This document shows, piece after piece, positions 1-12,359 of a DNA stretch of 64,000 nucleotides. Position 1 is the first letter of the stretch. Each line of letters starts with the position of its first letter. This DNA comes from Eledone cirrhosa (Eukaryota), in contig OZ024743.1 of the NCBI GenBank assembly GCA_964016885.1, positions 5,084,001 through 5,148,000 on the forward strand, in the 5' to 3' direction. The translations under genes were made by a program, and so were the position numbers. The notes beneath the pieces are model-generated. The model worked only from the letters and a program-made list of their open reading frames with translations. It ran no database searches and was not told where the DNA came from.

Positions 1-1793
1 ACCAACGGGCCGAGCGGCGCGGAAGGTGGTAACAGCGACAACACCAACACCAACAAGCCGAACAGCGCAGAAGGTGGTAATAGCGAGAGCACCAACAAAA
101 CGAACAGCACAAAGAGTAATAGTAGCGACAGCAACAGCACCAACAAGGCCAACAACACAGAGGGTAACCACGACACAGGGGAGAACAACAACAGCAATAG
201 CAGCAGCAAAACCAACAAGAACAACAACAGTGACAACACCAACAAGAACACCTTCGCTGCTGTGGCAGCGGCTAAAAGGAGACCATGCTACAGCATCGAC
301 TTAACCAACAGAGAGGAAAAGTTGGCCCAGGCCTGGAAAATCATAAATCAAGAGCAGACCTGGGCAAACTTAACTGTCCCGGCAGAAGCCATTGAGGCAG
401 TGGAAAAAAGAACGGTGCATTTCAGATGCATCTCAGTAGAAACAAAGAGGGCAGCGATAATCGCCCAAGCTGATATAGAAGCCGCACTGAAATACATCAG
501 AGAGGACACAGACTTCATAGAGAGGGGCAGGCAATACGGCACCGTTTCGGTGCTGTTCAAGTCTGAAGCCCTCGCTGTGAAGCATTCAATGACCCCTTGC
601 AAAACCAGCAAGGTTATAATGTACCCCTCCCACATGGGAAAACGAATAGCACGTGTGCGCATTCCCAGGATTCCACCAGGACTTGATATGTGGTGGCTCC
701 TGGGTTGCGTAATCGTGGAAGGAACGGATACAGTCCCGGTAGAGGCAACGAGAACTGCCAGGGACGACTGGTCCGGGGTTGATCTGGAGATACTGCTCCA
801 AATCAGACCCGAAAACGTAAAAGCAATCCCGGACCACATCCGCCTCCAAAACGGGAGGGTGTTGCATATAATGACTGAGGGCAAAAGGCCGCATTGTTTC
901 CTTTGTGGGGAAACGACACACTTGCGAGCCTTCTGCCCTCAACTGCCGAAAAGCGCAAGGGGTCGAAAGATTCCACTGCTGGCGACGCCGGGACAAGGAC
1001 CACCAGCAACACCGTCAACAATGGAACCACCAAAATTGCACACCCAGGGGGGAAACGAGGAAAGCTCTCCCATTCCCCCTCCCCCCCCCAAAATACACAC
1101 ACGAACAAGAACATAAACACTCACTCAGACACAAACACGCTCACAGCCACAGACCCCTCATCCTCCAGCAGTGAAGATGAGGGAAAACCAAAGTCCCCCA
1201 AAATACAAAAAACAAAACACAAAAAAAAAAGAAATCCACAAAGCACAAACACCCCCACAAAAGAAAATACACACACCACCCACACAAACATTTTCCCCAC
1301 AGCATCACCAACACAACCACCAAAATCCCCCAAACGCAAACAAGCTAGACAGACACAAGAACAAATAGACACACAAACATCAGAAACTACAGACACCCCA
1401 CCCACAACAAACGCAGACACAATAGAAACAACACTAACAAAGCTATCACCACCACAATCACACGAACAAATAAAACCCGAGCAACAAAACATTAAAAACT
1501 TCGTGCTTGCCAGAAGGGCCAACAAGGAATTGATGGCCCATGTAGCACGAAGCACAAACATCGAAAAAGACGGGGAAACATTTGAAGCGAGCACATTTCG
1601 CGTACCAGATAATTTGCTTCTGATGCGAATGTCGCTCGCTTCATACAAAGAAATTCGAAAGAGCTTTCCTCGGGATGTGGGAACCCCGAACGTAAAACCC
1701 ACGTCAAGACTATTAAAGGGGTTCCCAAAAGAAACCCCACAAACCATGGAGGTCGAACCACCCGACCTTCACAAGACCCCGGAAGGTAAGTAA
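1..1793 (+). CDS. LINE ORF1 (gag-like nucleic-acid-binding protein), 5'-partial, with one frameshift at the C-run ~1081-1089
   Basis: Frame +1 is open from base 1 (N/S/T-rich, then TFAAVAA) and carries the zinc knuckle CFLCGETTHLRAFC. It continues in frame +3 (ORF 894-1793) after the homopolymer and stops 30 nt before ORF2. Confidence 0.72.
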
Positions 1794-1822
1794 ACCTTTC
1801 CTCTCCCATTCATCCTGCCAGC

Positions 1823-4800
1823 ATGGCCATAAGAGTAGGAAGTTTAAATGTTCGTGGCCTGGGGTCGCCCTGGAAGCAAGGTCACTTGCTCAACGACCTC
1901 AGGTCACTAGGAATGGATGTAATTGCCATCAGCGAGACCAGAATTTCCGACACACGCGCACTGGCGCCGATTTTCGACGATTATCAGATCTTTGCATCTG
2001 TTAGTCGGCCGGGAATGGGAGGTGGAGTGGCTGTGCTGTTTAGGAAATGTCTGGATCTCGAGGTAAGGTCAATCTTCCGGGATCCTGACGGAAAGTTGGT
2101 GGTCCTGGACGTGAGCAATAGCGAAGGTGGTGCCTTTAGACTGGTGGCCGTCTACGCCCCTACTGGGGCCGGTCGGCCGGACTTCTTTAGGCGCCTGGAA
2201 AACTTTCTGCTTACGTCTCGCCCTTTACTGTTAATAGGGGATTGGAATGGCATCTTAGAAGCACGCTGGGATTGTGTGGGAGTATCTGATAGGAGCGGGG
2301 GGTGCAAAAGCCTCAAGTACCTGATCAGCCAGTTTCAACTGTCTGACAGGTACCGACTAGATTTCCCTAATGCGCCAGTATGGACCTGGACCAATCGCAT
2401 AGGGTCATCTAGATCGTACATAGATAGGATTTTCATTAGGAAAAGAGATAGAAATAGTGTAGGATGTCCACATTTTAAAACGGTTGCCTATTCAGATCAC
2501 AAGCTTGTGATCTGTATGGTCGACCTAGATAAGACACGTAGGTTAGGACCTAGCTACTGGAAGCTAAACATGTCGTTTCCGGCACGTAAAGCTTACAGGG
2601 ACCGGGTCAACAACTTAGTTAAGCAAAAGTTGACAGGGGGGGTTGTCAACAACAGGTGGTGGGGGGCACTCAAAAGAGAGATTAGAGCAACCTCGATAGG
2701 ATTTAGCAAAGAAGTAGCAATAGAGAAAAATAGAAAGGAGGAGGGGCTGATAGCTAAGTTAGACGAGGCTATTTGTAGTGGCATTGCAACAGACGTGCTA
2801 GCGGCGAGAATGGCACTAGACCATTTCTTCAATGCGAAACACGAAGGTTGCATTGTCAGAGCTAAGGCGCGTGCTCTGAGGAACGAGGGAACCAAAGCTG
2901 CCCGATGGGCTCGCTTTGCAGAGACGCAGCGTGGAAATAAAACCACAATTCGGTCTTTGACGGATCGAGATGGACACGAACTGAGCGATTCCAAGCAGAT
3001 GTGTGAGGCCTTTCGCCAGCACTTTGCTCGATTGTTCGGGAGGATGGGTGAGTCGGAGACGGCGGCGGACTTCAGTCCCTACCTCGACGGCTTGCCACGC
3101 CTCTCGACGGCCGACGCTGAGCGCTGCGAAGAGCCGATAACATCAGCCGAAATTCAGGACGCCCTTGTCGGCTGCTCGAGTCGCAAGTCACCCGGTTTGG
3201 ATGGTCTGCCCTACGAGCTTTACGTAAATATGCCAGACTTGTTCTCCGATCTCCTCGAAGCGCTCTACTGCAACTGGCAGCAGAACGGGAGCATTCCCAG
3301 TTCTGTGAGCCGTGGCGTAGTGACGCTGATAAGGAAAGACGAGAACAAGAGGGACACACTAGATAATTTCAGGCCCATAACCCTGCTCAACACAGAGTTT
3401 AAGATTTTGGCCAAGGTGTTAGCGAAAAGGTTGGCGCTTGTCGTCAAAGATTTGGTTGGGGAGGCGCAAACTTGCGCAATCCCGACCAGGTCCATACACG
3501 ACAACCTCCACCTCATGCGATACATCATAGAGAGGGTTGGGTGCAAACCTGGCTTCGGTGGGGCTCTGATCAATTTAGATCAATCGAAAGCATTCGATAG
3601 GGTCGACCATCGGTACTTGGAGGCTGTCCTCGAGGCGGCTGGCTTCGGCCCCGTCTTCAGAAGCTGGATCGCTGCAATGTACAGCGGCATCCGCTCGGTG
3701 GTCAAAGTTAATGGCCACCTCTCGGAACCGTTTCAGATCTCTCGATCGGTCCGTCAAGGGTGCCCTCTCTCCTCACTTCTGTACGTATTGACTCTTGAGC
3801 CTCTACTGCGGAAGCTGGAGTTGTTGCAGGGCATCCCGCTCGAACCGGGACGTAGAAAGGCTGCGTCCGCTTATGCGGACGACATCACCGTGATGGTGTC
3901 GGACACCTCGGAAATCGAGGTGATCCGCACCCATTTGGAGGAATATGAAAGGTTGACGGGAGCAAAACATAACCCGGAAAAGTCGGTGGGCTTGCAGCTC
4001 GGCACCTGGAGAGGCAAGTCCATGCCGTCCAACAGCGTCGTTGGGCGCTGGACAGACGGACCGGTAAAGTTGCTCGGGGTTTGGTTCGGACCAGACCTCC
4101 AGGTGGATAAGAATTGGGACGAGGTGACGAGCAGGATAGCCAACCTCACCCAGAAATGGGCTGAGAGAAAGCTATCACTGAAAGGGCGGGCGGAGGTGGC
4201 GAACGCGTACATCGCGTCCGTCATCTACTACCGCCTGACCGTCGTGCCTTGCCCCCGTCCACGCCTCGCCAATTTGGAACGGCTCCTTTTCAAATTTTTG
4301 TGGAGGGGACGGGTCCCGTTGGTGAGGCGGTCCATCTGCTGCCAGCACCCTCTTCGTGGAGGGCTGGGCATGCCGTGGCTAATGATGCGCAGACATGCGC
4401 TGAGGCTGCGACATCTCCAGATATTTTGCCTAAACGGTGAACAGGTGTGGTCGCCGTTTGTTAGACGGGCCTTTCCGCAGCTCATCTCTTTGACTGAGCT
4501 GCAGTCCTGGGTCAAGAAGAGACCGAGACTGGGCGACTGGCATCTGGAATGTTGCCAGGCGCTCACTGCACTCTGCAAGGTGGGCAATGCGGTCAGTGGA
4601 ACTTCCACTCAAGATTTCTATAGAGGATTAGTGGAGGGCAAGTGCGATGACGTACTAGGAGAGGCTCTGGGCGTCAACGAAGTAGAACTGACCAGTATGT
4701 TCCGGAGGACTTTCGAGCCGGGGACGATGGATAACTTCCAGAAATCCCTCGCTTGGCAGTGCTACCGGGGGGCGCTGCCGGTTCGGGATAAACTCTACAG

Positions 4801-5244
4801 GCACGGAAGTGCTGTCAGACGAACCTGCCCGAGATGCGCGCAGAGCGACGAAACCGTTCTGCACGCACTCGTCCAGTGTCCGTGCATTGCTGACTTGTGG
4901 GGTTATGTCGAACAGCTATTGTCGCGTGTAGAACGGATCCGGCTATCGTCCGAGTCCATAGTGAAGATTGACCCGCCGCCTTCTTTTGGTCAGGAAGGGC
5001 AGGCAATTTTCCTCTGCCTGGTGGCAGTAGCGAAAGAGGTTGCATGGTGGACCAGGTTGAAAGGACTGAAGACAGACACTTTTCTCTTCGGCCAATCCCT
5101 CATCAACTTCTTCAAGTTTCACTTGGAAAGGAAGGTGAGGGTGGAGAGAGAAGTGCTGCCCCCCCCAGTACATTTACTGAAAGGTGGGTGAATGTGGCGA
5201 GAATGGCCCGCGTGAGTGGGCCTACTCTGATCATGCGCCTGTAG
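1823..5244 (+). CDS. LINE ORF2: APE endonuclease + reverse transcriptase + C-terminal Zn finger
   Basis: APE motifs SLNVRG, ISET, GDWN, IDRIF, SDH; RT motifs KSPGLDG, RPITLLN, KAFDRV, VRQGCPLS, AYADD; CPRC..ETVLH..C. The ORF as given ends at 5191. The likely true C-terminus (STFTERWVNV...MRL*) is in the -1 frame after the C8 run at 5159-5166. Confidence 0.93.
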
Positions 5245-5503
5245 GCTGGTGAATTCGAGAAGGAGAGGGGTGCCCTTCCCGGGTGCCCTAGGAGCGTCGG
5301 GTGGCTCAGGACTGGTGGGGTGCTTGAGTCAACCCTGGGTGGTGATCCCTCTTATTGGGGAACTTTCATTGTTGTATTTTTATTGTTATTTTGTTTTTGT
5401 TTTTTTGTTATTTATACTTACTCGATCTCTATGTAAACCCCCACTGTCCCTGTCTATTGTGTTGTCCCCTATATGTCGGCCCTTGTGGCCAATAAATGAA
5501 ATC

Positions 5504-5515
5504 ATTATTATTATT

Positions 5516-5563
<48 letters not shown>

Positions 5564-5597
5564 GGTGGTGGTGGTGGTGGTGGTGGGGGTGGTGGTC
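5504..5597. repeat. Compound microsatellite (ATT)n-(GTT)n-(GGT)n at the LINE 3' junction
   Basis: Directly visible. Confidence 0.95.
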
Positions 5598-5637
5598 GTA
5601 GTCATAGTGGTAGTAGAAGTAATACCCCTAAGCGTTA

Positions 5638-7824
5638 TTATTGTTCATTTAGCTTGGGTTTGAATTTATCAATAAAATTCTTTTCTTTGATTTTTCTCTT
5701 GATTTCACTTGGCCTGTGTAATTTGTAAAATGGGAATATTATAAATATTCCCTGACCACATGTTGCTAGATGGTTACTTAGGGGTATCTGACGGACATTT
5801 GGGTCTCTGATTTGTTGACGGTGTACCCGTACACGTTCCGATAGTGCATTTCCAGTTTGACCGACATATAGTTCTTCACAATTCGGGCATTTAATGCAGT
5901 AAATTAGATTTCTGCTTTTGCAGTTCATATTTGCATTTGGGAATATTTTTCCAGTTTTTGTTTTCATATATTGACCGGCGTGTATGGATTGACATGTGCC
6001 ACATCGACTATCATTGCATTTAGATACAGTGAATGATTGGTCTTTGTTGTTAAGGTCAAACTTTGCTTTTGTTAGTAATTGCTTCAAATTTTTTGGCTGT
6101 CTTTTACTAAGAGTCAAAGATCGATCTGTGATTAAGCCTTTTAATTCATTACTTTGAGCAATGATCGGTAGGTTTGCTTTGGCAGTGTTGAAGATATTCT
6201 GGTGACATGGGTTGTGTGTCATTATAAATGGTATGACCAGTTCTTGGTTTCTTCTTCCTTGGGTTGTCCTTAGTTGTTGTATGGGTATTTTTATAGCCCG
6301 CTGTATGCCATTTTCTATAAGTAGAGATGGGTATTTTTGTTTGAGCAAAATTTCTCTTAGTTCTGTTAGGCGTTTGTACCTGGTATTCGTATCTTCTACA
6401 ATGGTACAAATTCTTCTGGCTAGGCAGTATGGGATGTTGCGTTTTGTATGAGGTGGATGGCACGACTTAAAATTCAGATATTGATGGGTGTCTGTGTGTT
6501 TATAATATATATCCGTGGTAATGGTGGTGTCGTTTTTGATTATCATTATATCTAGGAATGGTAATTTGGTCCTACTCATCTCTTTTGTGAATTGGAGAGA
6601 TGGGTATAGGTTATTCAGGAGGATATTGAACTCATCCAGAGTATCTAGAGATTCTGTCCAGATGATGAAACAGTCGTCAAGGTATCTCTTCCAAGATTTT
6701 TCAATGTACTTTCTAAAGTCAGTACTATATTTTTCCTCTATTTCTTGGTAGAGTTGTTGTTCTAAGTATCCCATTACAGAGTTCGCGTAAACGGGAGCAA
6801 ACTTCGTTCCAATCGCTGTGCCTGTAATTTGGATGTAATTCTTTCCATTGAAGAAGAAAGTGTTGTTTTCCAGAATAAGTTTAACTGCGTCTAATATAAA
6901 TGGCGCTGTGAATCTGATGGGAATCACTTCTCTATGTTTTTCCACCCAGTATTTAACCGCCTTTATTCCTAAATCATGTGTAATGTTGGTGTAAAGGCTT
7001 ACCACATCAAAACTGAGTAGAAGTGAATTCGTTTCCGTGGTTTTGGGAAGATGGGACAGGAAGTCGATATCATCCCGGATGAAACTGGGTATGTGAATAC
7101 ATAGTGGTTTCAAAATAATGTCAACAAAATTGCTTAGACGGTGAGTGGGGCATGTTGGACCAGCTATAGTAGGTCTAAGTTTTAAGTCTTTTGGGTGTAA
7201 TAATTTAATGTACTCACTGTTTTGTTCTCTTACTGCCAGTTGTATTTCTTTTGACTTATGAACTTTCGGTAGGCCATACAGGTTGCTGGGTTTGGGCTCA
7301 AAATTGGTGATGTAGTCTCTTTCCTTATCAGTAAATGAGTTGTGGTATTTTGAAGCCAGGTTGTTGATCTTCTTCATGATGTTGTGGTCTATATTTGACG
7401 GTATTTCATGATAGAATGTTGTGTCTTTCAGTTGTTCCTCAACCAAATCCTTGTAGTATTCAGTATCCATTATAACAACTGCACCCCCTTTATCTGCTTG
7501 TTTAATTATTATTGTTTTATCATTTTGTATACGTTTAAGTGCAGACATTTCTGATTTGTTAATGTTTGGCCTAACATTAGTATTATGTCTAAGAGGAAAT
7601 TTAGACAGGATGTCAATGTATTGGTCGAGATAGATATTTCTTCCTTTTGGCGGAGTGAAATTTGATTTATTCTTTACTAGTGATTCATCACTCTCATTGC
7701 TTTTATCAGCGAAGAATTCTACAAGACGTAATTTTCGACAGAATTCTTGGGTATCCTCCTTCAGTTCTTGGTGGTTGACTGTTGGAGTCGGTGTGAATTT
7801 CAGTCCTTTTGACAGTATTTGCAT
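5638..7824 (-). CDS. PLE reverse transcriptase + GIY-YIG endonuclease (728 aa; frame open upstream to ~7965)
   Basis: IVNLS..LSKGLKFTP, ADKGGAVV, YGLPKVHK, FDVVSLYTNI, GTAIGTKFAP, WKRYLDD, LPFLD, YYKHTD; linker CNDSRCGTC; NCKSRNLIYCIKCPNC..YVGQT..ER..H..H; PKLN. Confidence 0.93.
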   Translation of the reverse strand: MQILSKGLKFTPTPTVNHQELKEDTQEFCRKLRLVEFFADKSNESDESLVKNKSNFTPPKGRNIYLDQYIDILSKFPLRHNTNVRPNINKSEMSALKRIQNDKTIIIKQADKGGAVVIMDTEYYKDLVEEQLKDTTFYHEIPSNIDHNIMKKINNLASKYHNSFTDKERDYITNFEPKPSNLYGLPKVHKSKEIQLAVREQNSEYIKLLHPKDLKLRPTIAGPTCPTHRLSNFVDIILKPLCIHIPSFIRDDIDFLSHLPKTTETNSLLLSFDVVSLYTNITHDLGIKAVKYWVEKHREVIPIRFTAPFILDAVKLILENNTFFFNGKNYIQITGTAIGTKFAPVYANSVMGYLEQQLYQEIEEKYSTDFRKYIEKSWKRYLDDCFIIWTESLDTLDEFNILLNNLYPSLQFTKEMSRTKLPFLDIMIIKNDTTITTDIYYKHTDTHQYLNFKSCHPPHTKRNIPYCLARRICTIVEDTNTRYKRLTELREILLKQKYPSLLIENGIQRAIKIPIQQLRTTQGRRNQELVIPFIMTHNPCHQNIFNTAKANLPIIAQSNELKGLITDRSLTLSKRQPKNLKQLLTKAKFDLNNKDQSFTVSKCNDSRCGTCQSIHAGQYMKTKTGKIFPNANMNCKSRNLIYCIKCPNCEELYVGQTGNALSERVRVHRQQIRDPNVRQIPLSNHLATCGQGIFIIFPFYKLHRPSEIKRKIKEKNFIDKFKPKLNEQ

Positions 7825-8238
7825 TTCATCATTGTCAAGGTCTCTTTTAGATAAATTAACTATTTTAGGATCTACGTGTACAGTTGTTTTGGGTATGTTT
7901 CCTCCTGGAGTTTTTCTTTTTCCGGTTTTTGTTGTCCTGACGTTAAAAAATGGATTTTTCTCTGTTCAGGATTTATATTCCTGTTGGTGTTCGCTTGATG
8001 AACTTTTGGTCGTGATATTATATTTGGTTTCGTTATGTATTTTGTCCTATTTTTGGTATTCTGTATATTATTTTTCTTCCTGTTAGCATTATTTTTAACA
8101 ATCTGGGGAAATGACCTAGGTTTGCTTTCAGGTTTAGATCGTTTTTTCGTCCAGTTTCTTGTGGGCAATCTCTGTTGAGATCTTGAGAGTGATCTGGTTA
8201 TTCTACGTTTTGTTTCCACATTCCTTGTTGGTAGTCTC

Positions 8239-8414
8239 TGGTAAGGAACCAGGTGGACCATAACGCACCAAAGTACTCAATACTTAGGGTAGTAGAGTGG
8301 GTAATAGGAACGAGTAGGACCCCGACGGCTGAGCTCAAGCCGTTTCGACGGCTAATTCTGGACAGAATTAGCCGTCAAAACGGCTTGAGCTCAGCCGTCG
8401 GGGTCCTACTCGTT

Positions 8415-8417
<3 letters not shown>
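8239..8417 (-). mobile_element. PLE pLTR palindrome (family A) containing only the 3' half of a hammerhead ribozyme
   Basis: Near-perfect palindrome 8305-8417 centred on ttctggacagaa; minus strand reads gtc-GAAA-cggc-ttgagctca-gccg-TC-ggggtcc. Homologs at 41748-41956, 53362-53422, 56194-56312 and 56960-57027. Confidence 0.7.
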
Positions 8418-8467
<50 letters not shown>

Positions 8468-8499
8468 ATATAAATGAAATATTTCCGTCGGAAAGGTAC

Positions 8500-8632
8500 A
8501 GGGAAAAAGAGTGCTCTATGTAGGCTACAGAGCTTATTAGTTATGTAATAAACAACATAAGATAATTATTTCATTTACCAGTGGTTTCTTGAAGACAGAT
8601 GTTGTATCTGTCTTCAGTCGTCATGAATAAAA
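8500..8632 (-). ncRNA. Degenerate type I hammerhead ribozyme in a pLTR remnant
   Basis: Minus strand: ttatt-c(a)TGACGA-ctgaagacagat/acaac/atctgtcttcaa-GAAA-ccactgg-TA-aatgaa; the core is imperfect. Confidence 0.45.
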
Positions 8633-8655
8633 AACATGGTGTTTTTATTAAATAT

Positions 8656-8688
<33 letters not shown>

Positions 8689-8692
<4 letters not shown>

Positions 8693-8850
8693 GGAATCGG
8701 GACCCGACGGCTGAGCTCTTGCCGTTTCAACAGCTAGTTCCGGAGCTAGCTGTTGAAACGGCAAGAGCTCAGCCGTCGGGTCCCGACTCTTTATAATGTA
8801 ACCATACTATACTACCCAAAATATCAAGTACTCTGTTGAGTAATGGTCTA
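8689..8850 (+). mobile_element. Diverged family-A-like pLTR palindrome with a half hammerhead
   Basis: Palindrome centred on ctagttccggagctag; GAAA-cggc-aagagctca-gccg-TC-gggtcc; tail similar to the reverse complement of 8239-8300. Confidence 0.65.
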
Positions 8851-8852
8851 AC

Positions 8853-9650
8853 TACATACACACATACATACACACGCATACACACATACATACATACACA
8901 CGCATACACACATACATACATACACACGCACACACATACATACATACACACATACATACATGCATACATACATTCATTCATACATACACACATACATACA
9001 CACGCACACACATACATACATACATACATACATACATACACACATGCATACATACATACATACATACACACGTGCAACATACATACATACATACATACAG
9101 ATAATCATACACACACACATACATTCATACACATACACACACACACATATACATACATACATACATACATACGTACATACATACATACATACATACATAC
9201 ATACATACATACATACACACACATACATACATACATACATACATACATACATACATACATACACATAATCATACACACACACATACATTCATACACATAA
9301 CCACACACACAGATACATACATACGTACATACCCACATACATACATACACACACACATACATACATACATACACACATACATACATACATACATACACAC
9401 ACATACGTACATACCCACATACATACATACATACATACACACACACATACATACATACACACATACATACATACATACATACACACACATACATGCATAC
9501 ATACATACATACATACATACATACATACATACATACACACATACATACATACATACATACACACACATACATACATACCCACATACATACACATAACCAC
9601 ACACACTCACATACACACACACACATACCCACATACATACACACACAGAC
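8853..9650. repeat. Degenerate (TACA)n/(CA)n microsatellite
   Basis: Directly visible. Confidence 0.95.
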
Positions 9651-10009
9651 CGTGGGCAAGAGGTAGCAGAGAAAGAAAGTGTTTATTATAGTCATCTGAA
9701 CGACGGTAAGTTTCTCTAAACTCCATTATTCCCCTGTCTAGAATGATCGATCTAGCTGCTGTATCTACTCTTTCACTGCATATCTTTTGGCTTTCTTTCT
9801 TTAACCGTACACATTTAACCACCTAACCACCCGGCCACCCAATCCACCTGCCCCCTCCCCCCAATCCATCCGGCCCCACCACCCACTCAACTACTTACCT
9901 TTTATCCCCCACCACCCCCACTGGCTGACTCAACATTCTTTTGCCGTTCTGTAATAATGTCAAATACGATAAACCGGCCCATTAACTTATTATACCGTGT
10001 GTATGTATT

Positions 10010-10149
10010 TAGTGTCATTCATCATCATTGACGTCATCATCGGCGTCGTTGTCATCATCATCGTCATCATCTTGTCATCATCGTCGTTGTCATCTTGTCG
10101 TCATCGTTATCATCATCATCGTCGTCTTCACCATCATCGTCGTTTTCAC

Positions 10150-10180
<31 letters not shown>

Positions 10181-10440
10181 ATCGCCATCATCATCGTCGA
10201 TGTCGTCGTCGTCGTCGCCGTCGTCACCATCATCGCCGTCGTCACCATCATCGTCATCGTCATTGTCGTCATTACCATCATCGTCATCATCATCATCCAT
10301 CATCGCCATCATCATCATCATCGTCATCATCATCATCCATCATCGTCATCATCATCATCATCATCATCACCATCATCGTCGTAATCATCATCATCATCGT
10401 CATCATCGTCATCGCCGACGTCATCTTTATTGTCATCGCG
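10010..10440. repeat. Degenerate (ATC/GTC)n microsatellite
   Basis: Directly visible. Confidence 0.95.
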
Positions 10441-10566
10441 CCAGGCTGAAATACAAAGTTGATCAAAGCAGAATTTGAACTCAGAATATAAAGAACCGGG
10501 ACAAACCCTGGCCCTTTGTTCGACTCTCCAACCAGGATCAGTTGGGACTGTGGGATTACTTTCAAT

Positions 10567-10757
10567 AAATAATTGTTTCTACTTTAGGCACAAGGCCAGC
10601 AACTACCCAGTGCCTCACTGGTACTTTATTTTATCGACCCCGTAAGGATGAAAGGCAAAGTCAACCTCGGCGGGATTTGAACTCAGATCGTAAAGGGACG
10701 TAACTATGCTAGAAAGCATGGCGTCCGACCCTCTACCGATACTACCAATCCACCGCA
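10567..10757 (-). mobile_element. tRNA-derived SINE (~190 bp)
   Basis: Reverse complement of the copy at 27879-28070; B box GAGTTCAAATCCC. Confidence 0.88.
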
Positions 10758-12188
10758 ATAAATAATGAATGAATATTACATAATTTATCTACTAAATTTC
10801 GTAACTCTTGATTAAATATAAATAATTTCATTGCTTATTTAAAGATTCACTTCTTTAAAATTTTCAAATGTCAACACTTCCGGTTAGCGCCCGTTATATT
10901 ATGGCGGATTGGCAGTATCGGTAGAGGGTCGGACGCCATGCTTTGCAGCAAAGAGTTACGGCCCTTTATGATCTGAGTTCAAATCCCGCCGAGGTTAACT
11001 TTGCCTTTCATCCTTACGGGGTCGATAAAATAAAGAACCAGTAATACATTGGGATAATTGCTGGCCTTGTGCCAAAAGTAGAAACAGTTATATTATAACA
11101 CTTATAAAACATCGCATATATTTCCGTCCCTAATGTTCTCCTAATGCAGTATATATAATACCATCTTTTTTAAATGTATCATGGATTTCTTTACTGATTA
11201 CAGAAGAGAGTGTAATACAGTCTCTCTTCAATTTCTGTGGATATTGTCAATTACGATTTTATTTGACATATCATATCTACATATATATATACTTGCGTCT
11301 AATATCAACATGCACTCTACACATGCTAGCAGAAAACCACCCGAAGGGTGATTTTCTGCTAGTACTTATAAAGAAAGTTATTTTAGTAAATAAAAAAAAA
11401 AGAATACGGGACATAGCCTGCACTTAGTTTATATTCTTTATGCAGAAGGCACCTCTGGAAAACTTTCCAGCATTAGATTAGCTAGCAGAAAAACCAACCT
11501 TCGGTTGGTTTTCTGCTAGTATGTGTAGTGTGCATATTGATATTAGCCTCGCCATCACCCGAGGTTACACTGCCAGTGTGCTGGCTTGCTTCAAAAACAT
11601 TAGAGAGGTTGCCCAGTACTCCTCGAGATGCTGCTGTCTTTTGCTCTGGCTGTAGCTTGGTGGTTCATCCCTTCCTTTACATTTTCTTTAATATTGCAAC
11701 ATTAACGGAATATATCCTTCTGACAGAATCGCGAGCAATTTATTATGTTATCTAAGCATTTGTAACGTTATGTATATATTTAAAACATATTTGTTTTGTT
11801 ATTCTATTGTAAATTTATTTATATGCTCTGTATATATCGTGTTTATATTTTCACTCCCATTTGTAACGTTATTTAATAAAATAAAAATATATATACATGT
11901 AGATATGATACATCAAATAAAATCGTAATTGACAATATACACAGAAATTGACCGAAGCTTATGTAATCAGTAACGTACATTAAAAAAAGACGATACTATA
12001 TATAAACTGCATTAGGAGAAAATTAGTGACGGAAATATATGAATGTTTATTTAAGCGATTGCTAACCGGGAGTGTTGACATTTGAAAATTGTAAAGCAGT
12101 GAATCTTTAAATAAACAATAAAATATATTTAATCAACAGCTACGAAATTTAGTAGATAAATTATGTAATATTCATTCATTATTTATTC
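10758..12188. mobile_element. Fold-back/MITE-like element with ~300-bp imperfect inverted arms and nested insertions
   Basis: 10758-10889 is inverted at 12061-12188 and 11095-11290 is inverted at 11885-12055. A SINE interrupts the left arm. Confidence 0.7.
10903..11094 (+). mobile_element. tRNA-derived SINE
   Basis: A box TGGCAGTATCGG, B box GAGTTCAAATCCC, central gcctttcatccttacggggtcgataaaa. Confidence 0.88.
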
Positions 12189-12359
12189 AAAGTAATCCAA
12201 CTTATTTACTAACTGGATTAAAAGAAATAAACCGTACGCAGTCCCGCACTCCTTACTTTATTATAGCTTAGATTTATTCGTCAACCTTGTCTTTTTGTGG
12301 TATAAGGTGTGTTTGATCATTTCTAGTGGGTTTTGGTGTGGGGGGGGGGGTTACATCAG

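Larger units (their letters stand above)
1..5520 (+). mobile_element. L1/Tx1-clade non-LTR retrotransposon, near full length (5' end outside window)
   Basis: ORF1 with a CCHC knuckle, ORF2 with APE-RT-Zn finger, and a ~260-nt 3'UTR ending ...cccttgtggccAATAAAtgaaatc followed by a microsatellite. Confidence 0.93.
5620..8417 (-). mobile_element. Penelope-like element (Neptune-like), 3' pLTR missing, with a palindromic pLTR segment at the 5' side
   Basis: RT followed by a Cys-rich linker and a C-terminal GIY-YIG domain; inverted HHR-derived segment at 8305-8417 abutting (TA)n. Confidence 0.85.

Noticed and set aside
348-5173. Antisense and overlapping ORFs within the LINE
   Set aside because: Shadow frames of GC-rich coding sequence with no recognisable motifs
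8769-10478. HTYI/MYVC and poly-His/Ser/Asp ORFs
   Set aside because: Microsatellite translations; the same applies to 57949-60972 and 63700-63933
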